Source: Octopus sinensis
Taxonomy: Eukaryota
Assembly (NCBI RefSeq): GCF_006345805.1
Contig: NC_043005.1
Coordinates: 44,454,001-44,518,000, forward strand
Direction of reading: 5' to 3'
DNA: 64,000 nucleotides
The notes below the pieces were generated by a model. That model had not been told where the DNA came from. It saw nothing but the letters and a program-made list of their open reading frames with translations, and made no database searches. Position numbers and translations under genes: made by a program. Positions within the stretch are counted from its first letter, which is position 1; every line of letters starts with the position of its first letter. Positions 41,401 through 52,854 of the stretch are shown here, in pieces.

Positions 41401-41544
41401 GCTTTTTTATGAGGTACTACATATGCTTTTGCACAAAAAAAAGGAACTAGCCTACATCATCAGATGCAAATGAAGCCACAAGTGTTACATCAGATTTACT
41501 CTTCCTTAGGGACATGCCTACAAAAACAAAAACAAAATTGGCAC

Positions 41545-41858
41545 TCCATCAGTTATCCTGATGAGGGTTCCAGTTGATCCAATCAATGAAACAGGCTGCT
41601 CATAAAGTTAACATGCAAGTGATTGAGCACTACACAGACGCACATAGCCTTAAAGTAGTTTTCAAAGAGATTCAGCGTGATACACAGTATGAGAAAGGCC
41701 CTTTAAAATACAGGTACAACTCACCTTTGCTTGCTGAATGAGCTGGAGCAACATGAAAGAAAGTATCTTGCTCAAGGACACAATATACAATCAGGAATTG
41801 AAGTCATGACCTTATGATCATAAGCCAAATGCCCTAACCACTAAACCATATGCCTTCA
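41545..41858 (-). mobile_element. tRNA-derived SINE family D
   Basis: Head gaaggcatatggtttagtggttagggc; collinear with 48735-49060 (-), 57785-58085 (+) and 44838-45035 (+, partial). Confidence 0.85.
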
Positions 41859-42249
41859 TTCAGTCTAAATTTCTCACACCCGGTTCTTAGATGGACATGG
41901 TGCTAATGAGTTCATCCATCTTAGACCTACTAAACAAGTAACCCTACAATGCCTACCTAATAGGGACCACCATATATATGTGTGTGTGTGTGTGTATAGA
42001 TGGATAGATAGGTAGATGGATATAGATAGACAGATATAGATTCATACATATATAAGTATGTGTGTATGTTTGTGTGTATATATGTAGCAAATTAAAAGGA
42101 TGGCTTATCAGAAATTACAACCTAAAGGCAAAAATTAATAGGACAGTCATTAAGTATAGTGCTTTAGTAGCTTTAGAGTTAATGTAACTCCTATTTTAGC
42201 GTAAGCAATGAAAATCAGTACTCTACATCACTTTTGTGATCTATATATA

Positions 42250-42450
42250 GTGAGAACACAAAGAGAAAACACAACAACGCGAGGACGTGGAACAAGTATA
42301 GTGTTATTGGACGCTCAGGACAGGAAAAAAGAAGGAGGATTTAACATTTCGAGCAGAGCTCTTCATCAGAAACATAGGAAAAGGAAGGAAAGATCCAAGG
42401 AAGGGAAGACAGAGGAAAAAAAATCGCAAACGGTACACACTCGGTCACAT
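42250..42450 (-). mobile_element. Short Penelope-like non-autonomous element with minimal hammerhead motif
   Basis: gttt-CTGATGA-a-gagc-tct-gctc-GAAA-tgtt-aaat at 42373-42339, with TA-rich flanks. Confidence 0.65.
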
Positions 42451-42537
42451 TTTATTATATATTATATATATATATATATAAATTTAGAGAATGGATTAGA
42501 TAAAATCCAGGCTACCTATAATTCCTAGCTACAAGAT

Positions 42538-42580
<43 letters not shown>

Positions 42581-42638
42581 TACACACACACACACACAAT
42601 ATAACACATATTTATACACATATATATATATATATATA

Positions 42639-43040
42639 GGCGCATGAGTGGCTGTGTGGTAAGTAGCTTGCTAACTAACCACATGGTTCCGGGTTCAGTC
42701 CCACTGCATGGCATCTTGGGCAAGTGTCTTCTACTATAGCCCCGGGCCGACCAATGCCTTGTGAGTGGATTTCGTAGACGGAAACTGAAAGAAGCCTGTC
42801 GTATATATGTATATATATATATGTGTATGTGTGTGTGTTTGTGTTTGTCCCCCTACCATTGCTTGACAACCGATGCTAGTGTGTTTACGTCCCCGTCACT
42901 TAGCGGTTCGGCAAAAGAGACCGATAGAATAAGTACTGGGCTTACAAAGAATAAGTCCTGGGGTTGAGTTGCTCGATTAAAGGCGGTGCTCCAGCATGGC
43001 CGCAGTCAAATGACTGAAACAAGTAAAAGAGTAAAAGAGA
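42639..43040 (+). mobile_element. SINE family A, young full-length copy in (TA)n
   Basis: Head, internal microsatellite and tail are complete, and CpGs are retained. Confidence 0.93.
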
Positions 43041-43084
43041 GAGTATATGCATATATATAATATAAATAATATATAAATATATGC

Positions 43085-43495
43085 ACATATACATACATAT
43101 ATGGATACAGGACATCAAAAATACGTAGACAAAACGAGAGACGAGAACATAAAAATCAAAAACATAGAAAATGAATTGTTTTTCGAACAACGAAAGAAAC
43201 AAACAAACAGAGAAACAAGACAAGCAACATAAAGAACATTCCCTTCATCAGTTGTCCCCTGTTTTATCTACTCCGCATTTCAAAGGTAGGGACAAGATGT
43301 GACTTCATCAAAACAGTCCTTTCCGTAAAGCAAATTAAATAAAATTTGGGATTTTTTGCGGAGAGTGAAAGTGGCAACAAAGACAGGACAGTGAGAACAA
43401 AACAGTAAAAACAAATGGTGAGGGCTGTTAAGCCAAGACAATGTGAAGTGGTGAACGCTGGAAAAATGAGCCTTGGAAGACACACACACCACACA
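43085..43495 (-). mobile_element. Microsatellite-flanked repeat with two partial hammerhead-like cores (Penelope-like?)
   Basis: TTGATGAA...GAAA and CTGATGAA...GAAA on the minus strand, with T-rich body composition like 42250-42450. Confidence 0.4.
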
Positions 43496-43781
43496 CATTA
43501 TATATATATAAACACATATACACATATATATGCATATATATATATATAGAATATATATATTATATATATATAATATATATACGCATATATATATATATAT
43601 ATATATATACGCATATATATATAATATATATATTAATATATATATATATATACGCTCATATATATATATTATTGGATTAACTAGAAGCCTCGTTATCGTA
43701 ACTGACATGGGCTCTTAGGAGCACAGTTCGATTGTTTTTTGCTCTGCCTCTGTTTGTTTTGTGTTTTCCAACGGATTTCCT

Positions 43782-43868
43782 TTTCTTCCTGAAGAGAAAG
43801 ACCACAATATGGTCCCTTATTCAATCGGATTTGGTAATTTGTGCCTTTCGAAACACGTGTAGAATGAA
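43782..43868 (+). ncRNA. Type I hammerhead ribozyme at the 3' end of a Penelope-like element (43708-43920)
   Basis: Stem I tttcttc/gaa(t)gaaa, core CTGAAGA 43789-95, stem II gaaag/ctttc, GAAAC 43850-54, stem III palindrome ACACGTGT, cleavage triplet GTA 43859-61, then AATAAA. Confidence 0.8.
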
Positions 43869-43920
43869 ATAAACGATTTCTGTTCAATCTGCATTCAGCT
43901 CCATTTCTTCAATTCACCTA

Positions 43921-44121
43921 TTATATAGTATATATATATATATATATATATATACGCATATATATATATATATATATATATATAGATATATATACGCATA
44001 TATATAATATATATATATTATATAGATATATATTATTATAATATACGCATATATATATATATACGCATATATATATATATATATATATATAAGTATATAT
44101 ATATAGCATATATAGGATATA

Positions 44122-44166
<45 letters not shown>

Positions 44167-44296
44167 GCATAAGTATATATATATATATATATATATACGC
44201 ATATATCTATATATACGCATATATATAGATAATATACGCATATATATATATATATACGCATATATATATATATTATATAATATATATATATATATA

Positions 44297-44333
<37 letters not shown>

Positions 44334-44352
44334 GCATATTATATATATATAT

Positions 44353-44398
<46 letters not shown>

Positions 44399-44399
44399 C

Positions 44400-44452
<53 letters not shown>

Positions 44453-44483
44453 CACCACACACATACATATATATATAATATAT

Positions 44484-44516
<33 letters not shown>

Positions 44517-44556
44517 CACACACATACATATATATATATATATTATATATATATAT

Positions 44557-44587
<31 letters not shown>

Positions 44588-44830
44588 ATTTATAAGATAT
44601 GTATACATATACATAAATCTAATACATATATATACATTTCTACATATACATACATATATACATATACATACATATATATACATATATATACATTTATACA
44701 TATACATACATTTATACATATACATACATATATACATACATTTATATATGCATACATTTATATATATATACATATACATACATTTATATATTATATACAT
44801 ATATATATATATACATTATGTATGTATGTA
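43921..44830. repeat. (TA)n microsatellite with recurrent tacgca and (CA)n interruptions
   Basis: Seen directly. Confidence 0.95.
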
Positions 44831-45324
44831 TATATTTCATGGTGCTTCAGTCCACTCAGCTGTAATTCAAATGGCCAGCCTAGACACCTCTTGTGTCAGA
44901 ATGAATTTCACTGAGAACTGTGTAAAGGGTACACATTTCTGTGAAATGGTCAGACAGTTGCATCTTAATTTTATGAGCTGGCTGTTCCATTGATTGGATT
45001 AACTAGAAGCCTCGTTATCGTAACTGACAGTGCCATATGTATGTATATGCTTATATGTAGATTCATATGTATTCATGTAAGTATATCTACCTGCGTGTGC
45101 ATGCACACATGCATGTGTCTGTGTATCTCTAGGCACAAGTACAGTAGTGGGGTTAAAAAGTCTGCTTCCCAACCAACATGATTTCAGTCTCAGTATCACT
45201 GTGTGGAACCTGGGGGCACTAGTGACTTCTACTATAGCAACAGGCTTACTAAAGCCTTGTGAATGGGTTTGGTAGACAGAAACAGAAAGAAGCCCACAGG
45301 GACTTAAATACAACATATACATAC

Positions 45325-45356
<32 letters not shown>

Positions 45357-45534
45357 ACATATATATATATGTACATACATACATACATATATATATATGT
45401 ACATACATACATATACATACATATACATATGTACATACATACATATACATATATGTACATATATATATATGTACATATATATATATATATATATATGATG
45501 ATGATGATGATGATGATGATGATATATATATATA

Positions 45535-45726
45535 ATACAAAATGGGACAAGAACACAAAACATCTGGACAGTTAGGTGATACAAAAATGGGACAACAAAA
45601 CATCCAGATAGACGATACAAAGAAAACAAGGACGGGTCATTCAGTATCATCTATCTGGATGTTTTGTTGTTTCATTTTTGCATCACCTAATTGTCCGGAT
45701 GTTTTGCGTTCTTGAACCATTTGTAT
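45535..45726. repeat. Fold-back inverted repeat in (TA)n
   Basis: Arms 45535-45618 and 45644-45726 are imperfect reverse complements with a 25-nt spacer. Confidence 0.9.
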
Positions 45727-45731
45727 GTATG

Positions 45732-45768
<37 letters not shown>

Positions 45769-45874
45769 CGTATGTACACTTTGGTCTCTCATATATATAT
45801 TTATACATATATATAAATATATATACAAATATATATACATACATACATATCTATATCATATACATGTATATCAT

Positions 45875-45918
<44 letters not shown>

Positions 45919-46052
45919 TATGTGTAAGTGTATACATATATACTTTTACCTTTTGAAGGCCAGTCTATGGGGTTACCAGCCTTCACCAAGAAAACGTATA
46001 GACTGCTCTACTTGGAGTTTGCTTCTCCTCAGGATTTAAGTTTTTCTAAAAA

Positions 46053-46088
<36 letters not shown>

Positions 46089-46859
46089 GCCTACTACTTC
46101 CTATAGATGGCATCCACCAATAAGGTGCATCCTAATAATAAATAATGATAATCTGTAACAGAAACAAAACTGTTCTCTAACAGATAAGATTGTCCTTTTT
46201 TTGTTTTTATATTTACTTTTGTTTGGAAGAAGGGTCTATTTACAGAGACTACAGCATCCCTTTCACTGTTGCTAATGAATGACTTTTTATTAAGGAGTTT
46301 AGGAAAGGACTTTACAGGTGGCTCACCAACTGAGAAGAAAGGACTGGATGTGATGATGGTTGAATGAGTATGGAGCATAAGGAGAATGTAGGGACATGAT
46401 AAGAGGAAGAGGAGAAATCAGTGATTGATGAGCACCTAAGTAAATGTGTCACAAGACCAACCATGCATGAGATGCAGGGGCTGTTATGGTAGATGTATGA
46501 AGGAAGAGATAGAAAAGAAAGAAGCACTTTTGAGCATGAGATGATGAAGCATATTTTTCAGTTACTGCATACTGATTACTTAAGTAGTCTTTCTCTGGAT
46601 GCTGACTCAGATGTCTGTGTCTGTGATAACAGGAACTTCTTAGATGTGGGACCTGTGTGGAGATTCAGCTCAGCTTTGTTGAAGGTTTACCATTCATTTT
46701 TTCCTTGTTTCAGTCATTGGATTGCAGCCTTGCTGGAACACCACCATGAAGAAGTTTTTAATCAAATGAACTGATTCCAGTGCTATTTTACAGCATGGTG
46801 CCATTTCTATTGGTTTCTTTTGCCAAACAGCTAGTTATGTGGGACATCAATACAGACAC

Positions 46860-47363
46860 AAAGATACGTACACATACACACACATATCATATATACATAT
46901 ACATATATATATATACACACATATCTATATATACATATATATGTATGTATACATACTTATATATGTATGTATGCATATAAACATACATATGTATTATATA
47001 TATATATATATATATATGCATATACATATATACACATATTATATATATTATATATATATATATATATATACAGATGTATATATATATACATATATATATA
47101 TGCATATATATGCATATATGTGTATATATATATATATACATATTTATATACATATGCATATATACATATTTATAGACATATGTGTGTATATATATATATA
47201 CATATTTATATACATATATATATGTATATATATATATATGCATATTTGAATACATACATATATATATTTAAATACATACATATATATATTTAAATACATA
47301 CATATACATATATATATATATACATATATATATATACATATTTAAATACATACATATATATAC

Positions 47364-47394
<31 letters not shown>

Positions 47395-47601
47395 CATACA
47401 TATATATATATACATATATATATATACATATATCTATGAGATATATAAATATTATACATACATATATATATATATACATTATATATATACATATTTAAAT
47501 ACATACATATACATATATATATATATACATATATATATACATATATCTATGCATATATATAAATATTATATATACATATATATATATAATATACACATAT
47601 T

Positions 47602-47633
<32 letters not shown>

Positions 47634-47790
47634 CATATATTCATGCATATATATAAATACTATACATATTATACATATAATATATATATACACATATTTA
47701 TATATACATATATACATATATATATATTATACATATATATATATATATACACATATTTATATATAACATATATATATACATATATATATG
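46860..47790. repeat. (TA)n/(TACA)n microsatellite
   Basis: Seen directly. Confidence 0.95.
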
Positions 47791-48417
47791 TTATATGTAA
47801 GTGCGTATGATACACTTCTTTCAGTTTCCATCTACTAAATCTAAATCTGGTTGGTCTGAGGATATAGTAGAAGATACTTGCCCAAGGTGCCACTTAGTGG
47901 GAGTGAACCCAGAACCATGTGGTTGGGAAGCAAACTTCACACCACTCAGCTACACCTGCACTTATAAAAAAATGTGCTCCAGCAAACCCTGTACCTCTCA
48001 AATTCCGGTTAATTTTTCTATACCACTGAGCTAAAAAAAACCTAACAGTTGATGAATTTGAAATATTTTCTACCCCTGAAGAAAATGTCATTTTTTAAAA
48101 ATATGTTGTTTTTATAATTAATGAAGAGCAACAAGTTTGTTCATCTTCCTATCTACTCCCAGTTAGCAAAAAAAATAAGCATAGGTCTTTTATCTATTAT
48201 TTGATTCAGTTTTAGACTGCGGTCATGGTGGGAACCCTCTTTTAGTAATTTTGTTCAGTCGAATGAATCAACCACAATACTTGTTTTTGTGGGGTTTTTT
48301 AAAGCCTGGTACTCATTCTATCAGGCTCTTCTGCAGAACTGCTAGATTATAGGGCTGTAAGCACACCAGCACCAGTTGTCAGCTGAAGTGGGAGACAAAC
48401 ACTGGCCACGCACACAC

Positions 48418-48468
<51 letters not shown>

Positions 48469-48478
48469 CGTCTGTGTC

Positions 48479-48532
<54 letters not shown>

Positions 48533-48734
48533 ATGGGCTTCTTTCAGTTTCTGTCTACCAAATCCACCCACAAAGCTTTGGTTGACACTGAGTTTTCATG
48601 AACTGAACCCAGAACCATGAGTGGATTTGGTAGATGAAAACTGAAAGAAGTCTGTCATGTATACATACATATATATGTGTGTGTGTGTGTATTATATATT
48701 ATATTATATTTTATATATATATATATATATATAC

Positions 48735-49060
48735 TCTAGTACTCCATTGGTTACGCCGATGAGGGTTCCAGTTGATTTGATCAATGGAACAGCCTGCTCG
48801 TGAAATTAACATGTAGTGGCTGAGCACTCCACAGACACGCATATCCTTAACATAGTTCACTGAGAACTTCAGTGCGACACAGAATATGACAAGGCTGGCC
48901 CTTTTGAAATACAGGTACTACTCATTTTTTGCCAGCCAAGTGGACTAGAGCAATGTGAAATAAAAGTGTCTTGCTCAAGGACACAACGTGTCACCGGGAA
49001 TTGAACTCACGAATCTTACAGTTGTGAGCCAAATGCCCTAACCACTAAGCCACACACCTT
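48735..49060 (-). mobile_element. SINE family D
   Basis: Collinear with 41545-41858. Confidence 0.85.
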
Positions 49061-49099
49061 CACACACACACACACATACACACATTCTTTTATTCTTAT

Positions 49100-49650
49100 T
49101 TCTTTTATTTGTTTCAGTCATTTGACTGTAGCCATGCTGGAGCACCACCTTGAGCAGAGAAAATCAACCCCAGGACTTATTCTTTGTAAGTCTAGTACTT
49201 ATTCGATCGGTCTCTTTTGCCAAACCGCTAATTTACAGGGACGTAAACACACCAGCATCGGTCGTCAAACGATGACGGGGGACAAACACAGACAAACAAA
49301 CATATACATGGGCTTCTTTCAGTTTCTGTTTATCAAATCCACTCACAAATCCGTGCCCAAGGTGCCACGCAGTGGAACCATGTGGTTGGTAGCAAACTAC
49401 TTTTTACACAGCCACTCCATATATTTGTATGTACGTGTGTGTCTTTGTGTCTCTGTTTCCCCCACCTTCACCGGTGTTGGTGTGTTTACGTTCCTGTAAC
49501 TTAGCAGTTCGGCAAAAGAGACGATAGAATAAGTATCAGGCCTTAAAATAAAAGTCCTGGGGTCGATTTGTTCGACTAAAAAAAAACCCTTCAAGGCAGT
49601 ACCCCAGCATGGCCGAAGTCTAATGACTGAAACAAGTAAAGGATAAAAGA
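49100..49650. mobile_element. SINE A (minus, 49100-49420) followed by an inverted SINE A tail (plus, 49430-49650)
   Basis: Both match the 42639-43040 family. Confidence 0.85.
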
Positions 49651-51563
49651 TTTATGACAACATCCTTCTATAAGTCTTTTCCAAGAAGGTAGTTTACGAT
49701 TTTAAGAATATTTGGCTGTTATTTCTAGCTGATCAAGCAACTGCGTAGATGCTACCTCGTTGACTCAACTGTTGCGATTGTAAGAGGTGCTTCCTGGGAG
49801 TTGATCCGTACTTTTTATTATTTGACCCTGGTGAAATGACAGCCCTTAGAAGAGGTGAAATTTGATCTCAGAACTAAAGGGACGTTACCAAGTATTATAT
49901 CTTTAAATCGTCATTCTGTTGTTACTCTTATGCCACTTCTTTTAGTGGTAATAATCTAAATTTTATAACCAAAATCTTCGAATTATATTAAGGTGTTGAA
50001 TGAGAAAATTGCTAAGGTTTTGAATCATAGGAAATTAAAAAGGAATAGAAAAACTAACAATCCTACAACTCCCCTGTGTAACATGCAACTGAACGTTATC
50101 AATAAAATATCCCTAACGTTATTGGATTCGAACAAGAGAATTGCTTTGGTATCTCTGATACTACATAATCGATCATAGCTCAGCAGAGAATGCAATAAGC
50201 ACTTAGCAATGCAGTAAAGTACTTGGGTGAGGAGGGGATATGTTTCCTTCCCATAGTTCTAATCATTACCATCATCATCGTTGAAACATCCGAGTCAATC
50301 TCTCTAAATATTTAACTTTATTATAATTATTATCATCATTATTTTTCATTTTTCGTCCGGTAGTCAATGACAGCGACAAAGAAAACAAATTATAGGCTTC
50401 ATATTAATTTACAATATATTTTAATATACGCACGTCGATGGGGGAAAAGGCCCCGACAAGTTATTTTGTCGTCTGTTTAATACCAATCACATCAATGCTT
50501 CATAAAAATCGGTCCAAATATTTAACTGATACTTTATTTAATCGACCTGGGGATGATGAAAGGCAAAGGTGACCCTGCTGGGATTTGAACTTATTGAGTA
50601 AAGAGATCCGTCGAAGCTATGACGATTCTCTTAATCCCACACTAGATTTATATGCGTATTTCCATACAAAAAAGGTTCTGAACGTCACAATTCTCATTTC
50701 TGTCTCTTCTTTGAAGTGCAAAGAGCTAATCACACATAAATGGATCACTTAGTAAATCCAGATAGAAAATATAGATAGTAAATAGTGACTCCGTATAATC
50801 TACCTGTTTGGGAAATGATTTGATAAAACTGTTGCAAAAGCTATTTCTAATTCAAACATACATGCACATATTAATAAACATTCAGGCAATAAACTAAATG
50901 TTTCACCGCAAATTCTACCCATTAGGTTGTAGTACCGCATTCTCATTTCGCAGGGGAAATATTTGGGGATATTTAGCACATTTATATTTGAATAACTTTC
51001 TCCCTTTTATAGGGAATTCGGGGGAATGATCTGTTTGTCATAGTAATTAATTAAAACTCTGGAAATATCATAAATGAAAACGTAATTAACGGGAGGAAAA
51101 AACATCGCTTTTTGTTTTATGATTATTCCATACGTAGCAACGGAATGGGTCCGACGAAACACAATCTTCGAAAAGTGTACACAAACAGAATATAAGGTTG
51201 AAGTTTTATAGAAATGGTTGATAAAATAGAAATTACATATGTATTTAATTGTGAGAGATGAGCGAGAGAGCAAAAGAAAGAGATAAACATAAAGCTAGAA
51301 AGACCAACACGTGCTAAAATGTAGTTTAGAAATGACATATTTATCAGAGTGTAGTAGTGTTGTCGCACAGGAAGTGAAACTAATGATAGGAGGGAGAGAA
51401 GGAAAATACTTGGATGTAAACAAATATTACAGAAAATAGAAATATGATATAAACACTACTTCATGACAGTTATAAATACTAAATATTCAGAGATGAGAAC
51501 ATGTATACAATGTTCATGAAAAGACAAGGGAAAGGGGTAAATTCCAGAGAAAATATCACATAC

Positions 51564-51742
51564 CTATGCGGAAACATCCCCTTTCTGACAGACACCCAAT
51601 ATATATTTACGAAAGCCATAGATTTCTAGGAAAACTATCGAAGCGATTATCATTTTCAACAGAAAGTGATTTTTAAAAAAATGTTATATTATTAATGTTA
51701 TTTGTTTTGTTTATACATAAATAAAGAGAAATGAAGAATAAC
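51564..51742 (-). other. Putative 5' UTR exon of the minus-strand gene (may extend upstream as a first exon)
   Basis: Donor CATAG|GTATGT at 51564 and acceptor cttcactcgctttctgttcag|G at 51742. It contains uATGs. Confidence 0.5.
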
Positions 51743-52702
51743 CTGAACAGAAAGCGAGTGAAGTCGGAGAAATTCCTGCATGTATTTGTGTGTATTCTAG
51801 TAGCGCTTATAGAAATTGAAAGAGAGGAGTATCGCTGAGCCTGACAGCGACTATTTCGTTCGCTGTGACTCATTTAAAGCAATAGAGACTCACTAAACAG
51901 ACAACATGGTTAATTAATCAAACAATAAAAAACACCGACATTACTGTTTCGTTTCTATAATAAATTGTATTGAAAAGACACACGAATACAAACAAACCAG
52001 AGATGATGATGATGAGGTAAAAAAAAAAAAAACAGGGGGGAAAAAAAAAGCGATATTATGAAACAAAAAATAACGATGATGACAAACGGGATGATGAACA
52101 TGACTAGCAGCTGAGATATTTCGGCAGCAGTCGCTGCTTCTAAAACCAAGATGCGAAATGAAATGCGTTGACAGATTTCCACACACACAGCTCTTATGTC
52201 AGTTATAAAGGAGTGATGACCATCACCACCTGTTGACGATCGGGGTAGACGATACTTTAAGACTGCTTCAATCCATCGAAAGCTACTACAGCTACAAAGC
52301 TGAAGAAAGGTAGAAAGATAACAATGATGTATATACAGTAGTAAATACTGGATTATTATTTACCGTGCTAATGTCATTTTGCACTCCGTGCTCGTTGGTA
52401 GCTGGCATCCACTGCTCTTCGATAAGACGTACACCTTCCCCTCATTCACACACAAACCAACACGGACTTATACTTCATGACACAAGCTTGCACACCACCA
52501 ACTTTTACACTAACATTCCCATAAAGGACAAACACTCAAATAATTCACGATGAAACATAAAATTAAAAGAAGAATTATACTAATTTTCAACGAAAATTTT
52601 TACAATGTATATTTATTGTCTTAAAATATTTTCTGATTTATTAAAAAATTTTCATTCTATTTTCTAACGTACATTTCTTGCGAATGGCAATATACACACG
52701 TG

Positions 52703-52798
<96 letters not shown>

Positions 52799-52813
52799 TA
52801 TAGAGAGAGAGAG

Positions 52814-52854
<41 letters not shown>

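Noticed and set aside
41558-41600. CTGATGA...GAAAC resembling a hammerhead
   Set aside because: Stem II does not close. The paralog at ~48776 reads ccgatgag...ggaac, so this is a chance decay product of a SINE D end.
51955-52188. 77-aa hydrophobic ORF (possible membrane micropeptide)
   Set aside because: It starts at a non-ATG codon and its hydrophobicity comes from T-runs and (CAT)n. It is more likely UTR or intron sequence.
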